64,000 nt of DNA. Origin: Macrostomum hystrix (Eukaryota; Animalia; Platyhelminthes). The notes under the pieces were generated by a model. The model worked only from the letters and a program-made list of their open reading frames with translations, made no database searches and was not told the origin of the DNA. Numbering within the stretch: the first letter of the stretch is position 1; each line of letters begins with the position of its first letter. The position numbers and the translations under genes were made by a program. The stretch lies in the NCBI GenBank assembly GCA_950097015.1, contig CATNEN010000037.1, positions 434,001 through 498,000 on the forward strand. The letters run 5' to 3'. This document shows, piece after piece, positions 24,259-35,470 of this stretch.

Positions 24259-27200
24259 TCGTCCCAGGACGCCTCCGGTTTACCGTTCCTCTGCGTTCAC
24301 GACTCGGCGGCTCATGGAGGCCCCTTCCTGCCCGGCCAGCCCGTGTCCCTGCGTGCCCAGGAGCACGGCCAGAGCCACGTGGCCAGGCACCTGGGCGGCC
24401 GAGTCAGTCAGCTGCGCCGCGTGCTTGATTTAGACACGCGCTATCGCATAGAACTGAGCCACGGCATCTACAACTGGTCTGTGACGCGAAATTTGAACCA
24501 CTGGCGTCGGGTCTATCCGCTTCTGCGGGCCGCCTTAATCCTACCAGACCGGCTGAGGCATCAGCACGACTTCTGCGACGGCGAACGACAATGGCCGACT
24601 AGTGCGTCGACGTCACCGGTGTCTCAGCTGGACGGCAACGGCTATGAACGACATCAGCAGCAGCGGCAGCAGCCGCAACAGCAGCCGGAGGAGCGCCGGT
24701 TGCAGGCGTTCGAGGACCAGCTGAGGTCGGTGCTGGAACGGGTGCACAGCCTGCGGCACAGTCTGCATCTGCTGCGCTTTCTCGGCGTGTCTCGGCTGAG
24801 CTTCGTGCGCGGCCTGGACAGCCCGGCCGCCGGCGGACCGGCAGCGTTGTCGGTTGTTGAGGCCGAAGTTCGGGCTAGATTTCTGCGCGGTGACGGGTTG
24901 GGCGATACAAGCTGCGCTGCGGACTGCCGACTCTACTGCGGCCGCTCCAAGCGCCTGTGAGTTGTGCGGTTGACGCCTATTTGGATTAACGATGTTTAAT
25001 CCTATTGGCATTAACGATGTTTCATCCTATTGGGATTAACGATGTTTCATCCTATTGGGATTAACGATGTTTAATCCTATTGGGATTAACGATGTTTAAT
25101 CCTATTGGGATTAACGATGTTTAATCCTATTGGCATTAACGATGTTTCATCCTATTGGCATTAACGATGTTTCATCCTATTGGGATTAACGATGTTTAAT
25201 CCTATTGGGATTAACGATGTTTAATCCTATTGGCATTAACGATGTTTCATCCTATTGGCATTAACGATGTTTCATCCTATTGAGATGAACGATGTTTCAT
25301 CCTATTGGGATTAATGATGTCTAATCCTATTGATCCTATCCTCAATAAGCTACAAAAAGAGTTTCCAAGACCAGCAGAAAAATAATAATAAGAGAACAAT
25401 GTTTAAATTCCAGTTGGATGGTGATTAAGAGCCATTGCATTGTGTTTCTACACGACAATTTGTCTCGCGTTGTCGAGGTGTTCATGATTGACTCAACAAT
25501 GTCCGTGGTCAAAGGCCTCGATCCGTCTGTTAGGCGGTACACCTGCGGTTTCGTGCTGCAGAACTCAAACATGTGAGCAGCAATTTCTTCTTCTCTTAAC
25601 TTAAAATATTTTTTTAAATATTGGGACGCTAATTAGGCCTCCCCTGTTCCTTCAGTGTGACACTCTGTCCTGTTCCTTCAGTGTGACACTCTGTCCTGTT
25701 CCTTCAGTGTGACACTCTGTCCTGTTCCTTCAGTGTGACACTCTGTCCTGTTCCTTCAGTGTGACACTCTGTCCTGTTCCTTCAGTGTGACACTCTGTCC
25801 TGTTCCTTCAGTGTGACGCTCTTCTGTTCCTTCAGTGTGACACTCTGTCCTGTTCCTTCAGTGTGACACTCTTCTGTTCCTTCAGTGTGACACTCTGTCC
25901 TGTTCCTTCAGTGTGACACTCTTCTGTTCCTTCAGTATCACACTCTGCCCTGTTCCTTCAGTATCACACTCTGTCCTGTTCCTTCAGTGTGACACTCTCC
26001 CTTGTTCTTTCAGTATCACACTCTGCCCTGTTCCTTCAGTATCACACTCTGCCCTGTTCCTTCAGTATCACACTCTGCCCTGTTCTTTCAGTATCACACT
26101 CTGCCCTGTTCCTTCAGTATCACACTCTGCCCTGTTCCTTCAGTATCACACTCTGCCCTGTTCCTTCAGTATCACACTCTGCCCTGTTCCTTCAGTATCA
26201 CACTCTGCCCTGTTCCTTCAGTATCACACTCTGCCCTGTTCCTTCAATATCACACTCGGCCCTGTTCCTTCAGTATCACACTCTGCCCTGTTCCTTCAGT
26301 ATCACACTCTGCCCTGTTCCTTCAATATCACACTCTGCCCTGTTCCTTCAGTATCACACTCTTCCCTGTTCCTTCAGTATCACACTCTGCCCTGTTCCTT
26401 CAATATCACACTCTGCCCTGTTCCTTCAGTATCACACTCTGCCCTGTTCCTTCAGTATCACACTCTGCCCTGTTCCTTCAGTATCACACTCTGCCCTGTT
26501 CCTTCAATATCACACTCGGCCCTGTTCCTTCAGTATCACACTCTGCCCTGTTCCTTCAGTATCACACTCTGCCCTGTTCCTTCAATATCACACTCTGCCC
26601 TGTTCCTTCAGTATCACACTCTTCCCTGTTCCTTCAGTATCACACTCTGCCCTGTTCCTTCAATATCACACTCTGCCCTGTTCCTTCAGTATCACACTCT
26701 GCCCTGTTCCTTCAGTATCACACTCTGCCCTGTTCCTTCAGTATCACACTCTGCCCTGTTCCTTCAGTATCACACTCTGCCCTGTTCCTTCAGTATCACA
26801 CTCTGCCCTGTTCCTTCAGTATCACACTCTGCCCTGTTCCTTCAATATCACACTCTGCCCTGTTCCTTCAGTATCACACTCTGCCCTGTTCCTTCAGTAT
26901 CACACTCTGCCCTGTTCCTTCAGTATCACACTCTGCCCTGTTCCTTCAGTATCACACTCTGCCCTGTTCCTTCAATATCACACTCTGCCCTGTTCCTTCA
27001 ATATCACACTCTGCCCTGTTCCTTCAATATCACACTCTGCCCTGTTCCTTCAGTATCACACTCTGCCCTGTTCCTTCAGTATCACACTCTGCCCTGTTCC
27101 TTCAGTATCACACTCGGCCCTGTTCCTTCAGTATCACACTCTGCCCTGTTCCTTCAGTATCACACTCTGCCCTGTTCCTTCAGTATCACACTCTGCCCTG

Positions 27201-30200
27201 TTCCTTCAGTATCACACTCTGCCCTGTTCCTTCAGTATCACACTCTGCCCTGTTCCTTCAGTATCACACTCTGCCCTGTTCCTTCAGTATCACACTCTGC
27301 CCTGTTCCTTCAGTATCACACTCTGCCCTGTTCCTTCAGTATCACACTCTGCCCTGTTCCTTCAGTATCACACTCTGCCCTGTTCCTTCAGTATCACACT
27401 CTGCCCTGTTCCTTCAGTATCACACTCTGCCCTGTTCCTTCAGTATCACACTCTTCCCTGTTCCTTCAGTATCACACTCTGCCCTGTTCCTTCAGTATCA
27501 CACTCTGCCCTGTTCCTTCAGTATCACACTCTGCCCTGTTCCTTCAGTATCACACTCGGCCCTGTTCCTTCAGTATCACACTCTTCCCTGTTCCTTCAGT
27601 ATCACACTCTTCCCTGTTCCTTCTCTCCTGTCTAAAAGTCCTGGAGTTGCGATGGCTGTAATTGCAGTCGTGCCACAATGCCCGGTGGCGTGTGGATGTA
27701 CTCGACTGTACATTAACTTATAAATCGGAATGCAAAGTCGTCCTTAGTGTAAATTATTATTGTCAGAAAAATTTGAGCTCTTTTTTCATAAGCTGTTCTT
27801 AGAGGCTTGACATTGCATTGCCGCTCTTAACTTAAACACAATAGACAAGCCTATTTATCAGATAAAAGCCTTTTCTTTTGATAATTTTGGTCTGTTACGA
27901 GCGTGGTTTGCCTGCTAAACTGTGTGTGTGTGTCTGCTGCTAATTGCCCATAAAAATTTTGCCGTAGCTTAAGCCAGTTTCTTAGTAGCTTTGTTGATGA
28001 AATTTTCTGGCCCACTGGGTGAGCTTCTTATTTAGTGCAGTTTTTATTAAACCAATAGAAAAAATAAACTATAGTAATCTTTTCTAGTTTTCTTTAAACT
28101 AAATTTCAGACATATTAGTATCAGTAGTCAGTCATTCTTCAATAGTTAAAAAATCAAGCATGCACTCTTCCAGTGCTTTGTCTGTTTGAAGCCTCGAAAT
28201 TCTTATCGAAGGTCGGGAGTTCGAATCTGAACTTAAAATTTTCGAATTATCTCCCCCCCGCGATCTGCAGCCTCGTGTCAATCAGCTGCAACAACTGCGA
28301 CTACGAGCGCCTTGCCGAGGCCCTCGACCGGCACTGCTCGGAGCAGCGCCGCCGACGCGTCACCGACGCCACCGCCAAACTGCTGTGCGCCTGGGCGCCT
28401 ACTCGTCGCCCCTGCCGCGCCAAATGGTACGCCGACGGCGCCGCCTACTTCTCGGACGTCTACGAAGCCTTGGAGGCTGCCAAGCAGGAGATTTTCATCT
28501 GCGACTGGTGGCTGACGCCGGAGCTGCATTTGAAACGCCCGGATCCGGAGGACAAGCACCAGCTGATGAATGTCCTGCAGCGAAGGGCGGACTCGGGCGT
28601 CAAGATCTTCATTCTGATCTACAAGGAGCTGCGCTTTGTCGTCAACACCGACAGCTGGTACGCCAAGATGATGTTGAAGGCGCGCTGTCCCAAGCGCAAC
28701 ATCCACATCCTGCGCCACCCGAATCACCTGTTCAACGCCGACTTGCTCTGGACTCATCACGAGAAGCTGCTAGTTGTTGATCAGCGCCTGGCCTTCTTCG
28801 GCGGGATCGACCTCTGCTGGGGTCGTTGGGACACGCAGCGGCACCCCCTGACTGACCAGGGCGACTCCGACTGGCCCGCCGACTGTCACCCAGTTGTCGA
28901 TGTCGACGCATTCGCAGCCGAGTTCGGCTCTCGAAGCCGTACTGGCGTCGCCGGATCGTCGACAGCCGGAGCGACAGCCGTGGCGTCGCTTCATGACATG
29001 AACGAAACTCTGGACGTTGTGGACGACATTGGTACAATCGACGGCGCTCCGACGGAGTCGACTATCGCCACAGTCGAATCGTTCGACGAGGCGGCAACGC
29101 CTGGCAAGATGAAACGGCGCGGGCTGAGGCGATTTCTCTCGGCGGGGCCGAGGCAGGACTTGGGCATCCTTCTGCAACAGCAGCAGCAGCATCATCAACA
29201 ACAGCAACAGCAGCAGCAGTCTGTCTCCATGGTTGCCAGTTTGGCCATAGACACATGTGAGTAAAAGAATTATTTAGATTTCGATTCTCAACTTACAAGC
29301 TAAATAAGAATACTTTCTTTAGAATTATTGTTTGCGTACTTACTTTCTGTACATATTTTATACTTAGTGCAGATAGTGATTGGTAATTAGTTTGCATCGG
29401 TTGTATGTCAATTGCTTACATACACGATACGTATATACGTGTATACGTATAAGAGCATTGGCTGTACTTTGGTGTAAATCGACTCTATCTATGGCATCAT
29501 ACGTATGTACATAGAAAAATATTGACTGTACATTTAGGAGCACTTAAAGTACTCAGTTGTAAATTGATTGTACATTAGAGAGCACGGGATGTACATTAGA
29601 GAGCATCGGATGTACATAGATGAGCATCGGATGTACATAGATAAGCATCGGCTGTAGTTATGTGTACACTGGATGTACATAGCTGCTCGTGTTATATTAC
29701 AAGCGAATCAACGAACGAATAATCAATCCAACCCAACCGACTCCACAAAAATTTCCGACAGCCAAGCCGTCAGCTCTGCGCCGCTTTAACACGATTGAGG
29801 CGACAGACAGAAGCAGTCACCGGCAGATCAGCGCCGGCGCCGCCGGGGTCACCCAGGACGATTTGGCGCTCCACGAGGGCGGAGGCCGCAATCGTTGGCA
29901 CATGACAGACGATGGCCAACTGCAGGTGCGCAGATTAGAGACTCGTCGGGTTAGCAACCTGTGGCGCGGCGCCATCGAGCGAATGCGCATCGCGCGCGGA
30001 GTTCGCGGCCAGCTTAGACGCGTGGCCGGAGTCAACGGTGATCAGGTGTTTGACAATAATGAAGACTTCGCAGATGGACGGTAAGAATTGGTTTTGTACT
30101 CTTAATGGTTTTCGTAATTTTGTATTTGCATTTTTGGCACATTAGATGTACATTATATGTACATTCGATGTACATTATATGTACATTCGATGTACATTGA

Positions 30201-31991
30201 TATGTACACTAGATGTACAGTGATATGTACATTAGTTTCGGTCATTCCTTGAGTATTATTATATACAATATTTACAATCTAATATTCCAAAACTATTTTG
30301 CTATTATTGACTGCACGACTTGCTGTATTTGACAATTATTTAAACCATTAATCCCAGACTGCCCGAAGTGACAGTGGAATCGCGAAACATTCAGCTGTGG
30401 AAGGGTCTGGACTACGTCAACTGGGTCATTAAGGAGCCGTTCAATCTGCATCAGCCCGATAGAGGTATATGCCTCATAGCCGTCAGACATTAGCCGTCAG
30501 ACACTGTAAGTAGCCACCCCGCCATTCGCCTCACTAGATCTCGTCGACCGCAACGAGGTGCCCCGCATGCCCTGGCACGACGTGGCCTGCGCAGTCGGCG
30601 ACAATGCCGCCAGAGACCTGGCGCGTCATTTCATTCAGCGCTGGAATTTCACCGTTCGCGACAAGGGCCTGTCCAGCACTCGCTACCCGATGCTCATTCC
30701 CAAAGCCTTCGCCGCGGTGGACGCCGCAGCGGAGGAGGCCGCTGACGAAGCCGCCGAAGCGGCTGCGGCCGCGGCGGCGGCGGCGGCGGCCGCGTCCAGC
30801 GGCAAGCGACGTCGTCGGAAGCGAAACCGACAGCCGGCGGCTGACTATCGACTGGACGGGCCGGACAACAACGGCAGTCGGCCCGAGGGTGCCGAAAAGA
30901 CCTCCGGGCTGAGTCGTCTGCTGCCAAGGTTCTATAATCAGGTAGGCTTCTATAATCAGGTAGGCTTCTATAATCAGGTAGGCTTCTATAATCAGGTAGG
31001 CTTCTATAATCAGGTAGGCTTCTATAATCAGGTAGGCTTCTATAATCATCTAAAGCTTCGCCAAAGACAACAGTATGTCCATTTCATATCACTTACAGTA
31101 ATCTGTATTTTACTGTAGAACCCAGCCTGTACTCACAGATCCCAGCCTGTACTCACAGATCCCAGCCTGTACTCACAGATCCCAGCCTGTGCTCAACCGC
31201 CCGCAGGTGAACATCTTGCGCTCCGTCGGTCCCTGGTCAGCTGGCCTTAGTGTTGAGCCTGAGCACTCAATCCACGAAGCACTCTGCTCAGCCATAGACT
31301 GCGCCGAGTACTTCGTCTACATGGAGTCGCAATTCTTCATCAGCAACGCCAGCACCAATGAGACCTCCTCGCCGGTTCGCAATCGAGTGGCGGCCAGCCT
31401 AGCCAGCCGCATCCTGCGCGCCCACCGCACCGGCCAACCGTTTCGCGCCTACCTTCTGCTGCCTCTACGGCCGCAGTTCGAGGAGCCGCTTCAGGAGCCG
31501 CGCGGCATGGACCGAACCAAAAAGATTCTGCACCTGATATATCGCACCCTGTGCCGCGGCCCCGACTCCCTACTCGGCCGTCTGCACGCTGCCGGCATCA
31601 CCGATCACACTCGCTACCTGGCCATCTGCGCACTGCGCACCTGGGGCCGCATGGCCAACGGTCGCTTAGCAACCGAATTAATCTACGTGCACTCTAAACT
31701 GCTCATTGCCGACGATCGCGTCCTTGTGCTGGGCTCCGCCAACATCAATGACCGGTCACTGTTAGGCAGCCGCGACTCTGAGCTCGCCATGCGGTATGAG
31801 GACTCGGGTGAGTATACTACTACAACAACAACTACTACTACTACTACTACTACTACTGCTACTACTACTGCTACTACTACTACTGCTACTACTACTACTG
31901 CTACTACTGCTACTACTACTACTACTGCTACTACTACTACTGCTACTACTACTACTACTGCTACTACTACTACTCCTACTACTACTACTAT

Positions 31992-32023
<32 letters not shown>

Positions 32024-32543
32024 TTATTATTATTATTATATTTTCTTCCTACTACCAGGCCCCGACACCAGCGAGGCAATCTGGCGCTGCGGCGGCGGCC
32101 CGGACTTCGGTAGCGAAGCCGATGAAGACGAAAACTGTCAGGCCTTCGTCCGGGTTGGCGCCTTCTGTGGCTCCCTGCGTCGCTGTCTGATGCGCGAGCA
32201 TCTCGGCCTGATGGACGACAGCTCCAGCGAGACGGCCGCTGTTCTAGACAATCCGCTGTCGAATCGGCTCTACAGTCGGCTGTGGCTGGACCGCGCCGTC
32301 GCCAACACTCGCCTGTTCGAATCCGTGTTCCGCTGCCTGCCGAACGACTCCGTGCGCGACTACGCTTCCATGGCCGCCTGGCTGCGCGAGCCGGCTCCTG
32401 CTGCCGTTGATCCTGGCGCCGCCGCTGAACGGCTAGCGACTGAGTCGCCGGGTGGCAATCTAGTGATGTTCCCTCTAGAGTTCCTGTGCAACGAGGATCT
32501 GGACGACCAGCTGTCTGTGGTGCCACCAATGACCTGGTATTGA
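24259..32543 (+). CDS. PLD: Phospholipase D1/2-type (PX-PH-2xHKD); 5' end not resolved
   Basis: join(<24259..24956,25414..25572,28271..29256,29762..30080,30358..30464,30538..30941,31207..31807,32059..32543), GT-AG, frame-consistent (1253 codons). PX-like [16 protein letters not shown]; PH-like WMVIK; WYADGAAYF; [17 protein letters not shown]; HKD1 [14 protein letters not shown]; PRMPWHD; HKD2 [20 protein letters not shown]. Confidence 0.93.
24975..25335. repeat. 25-bp minisatellite in first identified PLD intron
   Basis: TTAACGATGTTTAATCCTATTGGGA and variants, about 14 copies. Confidence 0.95.
25644..27625. repeat. 26-bp minisatellite in second PLD intron (~76 copies)
   Basis: TATCACACTCTGCCCTGTTCCTTCAG; left copies carry TGTGAC instead of TATCAC. 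Confidence 0.97.
30931..31047 (+). repeat. 18-bp repeat spanning a PLD 5' splice site (6 copies)
   Basis: TCTATAATCAGGTAGGCT x6; a 20-bp repeat CCCAGCCTGTACTCACAGAT x3 follows at ~31120..31190 before the acceptor at 31206. Confidence 0.95.
31815..32040. repeat. (ACT)n microsatellite filling the last PLD intron
   Basis: Intron 31808..32058 (GTGAGT...CCAG) is almost entirely ACT/GCT/ATT triplets. Confidence 0.97.
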
Positions 32544-32577
32544 CGGCGCCGCTTAATCTTGCCTGTTTTTAAACTGA

Positions 32578-32900
32578 TAACTGGACCGCATCATTGTGTT
32601 CAGTGTAAACTGGACCGCATCATTGTGTTCAGTGTTAACTGGACCGCATCATTGTGTTCAGTGTAAACTGGACCGCATCATTGTGTTCAGTGTAAACTGG
32701 ACCGCATCATTGTGTTCAGTGTAAACTGGACCGCATCATTGTGTCCAGTGTTGACTGGACCGCATCATTGTGTTCAGTGTAAACTGGACCGCATCATTGT
32801 GTTCAGTGTAAACTGGACCGCATCATTGTGTTCAGTGTAAACTGGACCGCATCATTGTGTTCAGTGTAAACTGGACCGCATCATTGTGTTCAGTGTAAAC
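32578..32900. repeat. 29-bp minisatellite just downstream of PLD stop
   Basis: ACTGGACCGCATCATTGTGTTCAGTGTAA, about 11 copies. Confidence 0.95.
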
Positions 32901-33561
32901 AGAACTGCATCATTGTACTTGATCCAAAAAGTTGCCTCGAGCCATTGTGTAAAAATATGCTTTTGTCGTTTCGTATTTTTTGCCAAAAAACTCGGAAATT
33001 TTTGTTATAAAAATTGCTGCATAAATTCTTTAAGTGCGCCAGAAAATCTTTTCACAAAAATGCACTCTACTTTTTGAGAATAGTTCTGAAATCGCTTCTT
33101 AAATATTTACCTGTAACAGCTGACTTTCACAATCAATTAATCAATTATTTCCCATTCTCCTATGTTTTCTTATTCATCGTTTAAGTTTTCAGCTACACGG
33201 AGGTCTAGAATCATATCGCATTCACTTAAGACTTTTGATGCGCACATTCGCTTTCAATTGAACCTAACTATGTGGATCTGTGTGATAAAGAAACAAAGAT
33301 TTTTTCCAGATGTTTAATTTTCAAAGCCTTTCAAACAGATCTTGTTTGCCATTTGTTTTTTTCTTTGCTTCCAAAATGCAAAGCATTTTTGCTTGTTTAT
33401 AATTTTGTTACTTATTTACTTAGTTAATTAGTGGTCGTAGGCTTAATCAACTCTACTCCTGTTACATTCATATCATCTGTTTGGTGCTCTGTGGGTGTAA
33501 TTTACCTTTATTATCACAGCATTTCTGTATCAAATGTGTGAATCGTATTTTTTGCTAACTA

Positions 33562-34931
33562 TTCCGGGTGTCCGGAAAGTCATGAGAAAACTACAAAAGG
33601 TTAATTATAAAAACGCGCAGAACAGTGAAACTTTACTAATCAGTAATGTAATTTCCCCTGAAGTCAATCACAGATTGGCAGTGCTCCACGAGCCGTAGAA
33701 CCTCGCGTTTCAAGCAGTTTGCATCCAGACCCCTCGCCCACTGCAACGCGGCCTCGCGGACCTCATCGTGGCTGCTGAACTCCCGCTTCGAGAAGTCCGA
33801 TTTCAGCCAATTAAAGAAAAAACGGTCGCATAAATTGAAATCAGGGCTGTAGGGACTCTGAAAAAGCAGTTGAACTCCACGAGTCTCCATGTACTGCTGC
33901 ACAGGCTGGGCCACATGAGGTCGTGCGTTGTCCCACTGCCACAAGACTTCGGACAAATAAATTGGCTGTGATCTGAGGCTCCGCCATAGGTCACCTGTGT
34001 GTCGAACGAATTCAACGATGCGATTGGCATCAACAGTCTGCTTTGGCGCCGTTGACATGATAGAAAATCGCTTGCTTGGGGTGAAAGCGACTACCAGCAT
34101 TGTCTTTGGGTCCCCGACTGAGTGTCTCACAACTTGAGGTCGATGGTCGCCTTGACCCAGCCAGCACCGGTTGTTCTGCCGTGTACCAGTGTTTTTAAGG
34201 TACACCCACGTCTCGTCCTCCACCACGTACTTGTTGCAGAAGCTGGTCATGCCCTCGGTATGAAAAATCCGACGTATTTGCTTGGCACAATTGACGCGAG
34301 CAACCTTGTTCTCCTCGGAGAGAACATGCGGGACCCACACGGCAGACACATTGCGAAGTTGCAGGTCTTCAGTCAATATTTCATGCACTGTTGATTTCCC
34401 AACCTCCATGAAGTCAGCAAGATCTCTGACACTCACTTTTGGGTCTTCTTTCACGAGATTTCTGCAGGTCTCGATCAGCTCTGGTGTTCTCGTCGATCTC
34501 GGCCGGCCAGTACGGGCAGCTTGGGCCAGTGGGTACGACTCGTCACGGAACCTTGTGTACCATCGGTACACTGACGACAGACCAGGCGCCACATCTCCAT
34601 GCACTTTCAGCAGTTCTCCATGGCAATCAGGAGCAGATATACCAAGCTTATACCTGGTATAAGCATAAGCTTGAAACTCGTCCATCTCAAAGCAGCAGCA
34701 AGGATCAATGAAGAAAAAAGTAACGATAGATTTGCTTTGCCTCTGCGTTGCAGTGGCCTAGACTTCTAAGTTATAACCATCAGCCTTACCCCCAAATTTG
34801 AAGCTAGAATCTAGCTCTTTCAGCCATAGACATATATTAAGTCAAGTGTTAGAATGGTACAGTATCTTGTCAATAGCTTGTGTCTAAGTAGTTAGAATAA
34901 CACATTCTCATGACTTTCCGGACACCCGAAG
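33562..34931 (-). mobile_element. Mariner (DD34D) DNA transposon, full length
   Basis: TIR core GGGTGTCCGGAAAGTCATGAGAA at both ends, flanked by TA (33560-61, 34932-33); intact transposase ORF. Confidence 0.92.
33636..34685 (-). CDS. Mariner transposase, 349 aa
   Basis: HTH N-terminus, WVPHVL, DETW, WDNARPH, YSPDFNLCD; 34 residues between the second and third Asp. Confidence 0.93.
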   Translation of the reverse strand: MDEFQAYAYTRYKLGISAPDCHGELLKVHGDVAPGLSSVYRWYTRFRDESYPLAQAARTGRPRSTRTPELIETCRNLVKEDPKVSVRDLADFMEVGKSTVHEILTEDLQLRNVSAVWVPHVLSEENKVARVNCAKQIRRIFHTEGMTSFCNKYVVEDETWVYLKNTGTRQNNRCWLGQGDHRPQVVRHSVGDPKTMLVVAFTPSKRFSIMSTAPKQTVDANRIVEFVRHTGDLWRSLRSQPIYLSEVLWQWDNARPHVAQPVQQYMETRGVQLLFQSPYSPDFNLCDRFFFNWLKSDFSKREFSSHDEVREAALQWARGLDANCLKREVLRLVEHCQSVIDFRGNYITD

Positions 34932-35470
34932 TATATTGCTCTTCCAAATTCAAATCCATATTAGTTGCAGTATACTATTTGCTCACATTTCAATCATTCT
35001 ATTATTTTGCATCAGATCCTTAAATTGAGTAAATTGTATCGTCATTTTTAATGAGCTTTTTTACTTTCATTATTCACAATAAAGCAAAACAGCATAAGGA
35101 GCTAGATTCCGTGCTAATATGTTATAAAAACTTTTGAACTAATTGGCTGTATATTTATATTCCGACAGGTTTCTGTGCACGTGTGCACATGTTTTCTGCT
35201 GTTTTGTGTCGATATCTTATCTACTTTTTATACGTTTATATGCAACATTAATCCAAGTTACACTAATTATATTTTTGTACTTCAATTTGCTCATGTGAAA
35301 GAGCCTACTAAGAGTATAGCTGTGTGCGTCAGTAATTTGCTTAGTTCTTTCGTTTTTGCCTCTTTTTATGAGTTTATACTTTTAAATTGGTTTATTAATT
35401 ATGTCTAGCACGGGTGTTACTAATCAAAACGGCAGACAGCCTGCTGTATGTATTATTCTGCATTTTGCAG

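Noticed and set aside
25913-27723. Three ~570-aa repeat ORFs
   Set aside because: 26-bp minisatellite in a PLD intron.
28278-31049. Overlapping antisense and alternate-frame ORFs over PLD, WS/DGAT, P2X and transposase exons
   Set aside because: Expected shadow ORFs of GC-rich coding sequence.
31796-32113. Poly-Leu, poly-Thr and poly-Ser ORFs
   Set aside because: (ACT)n microsatellite within GT-AG intron 31808..32058.
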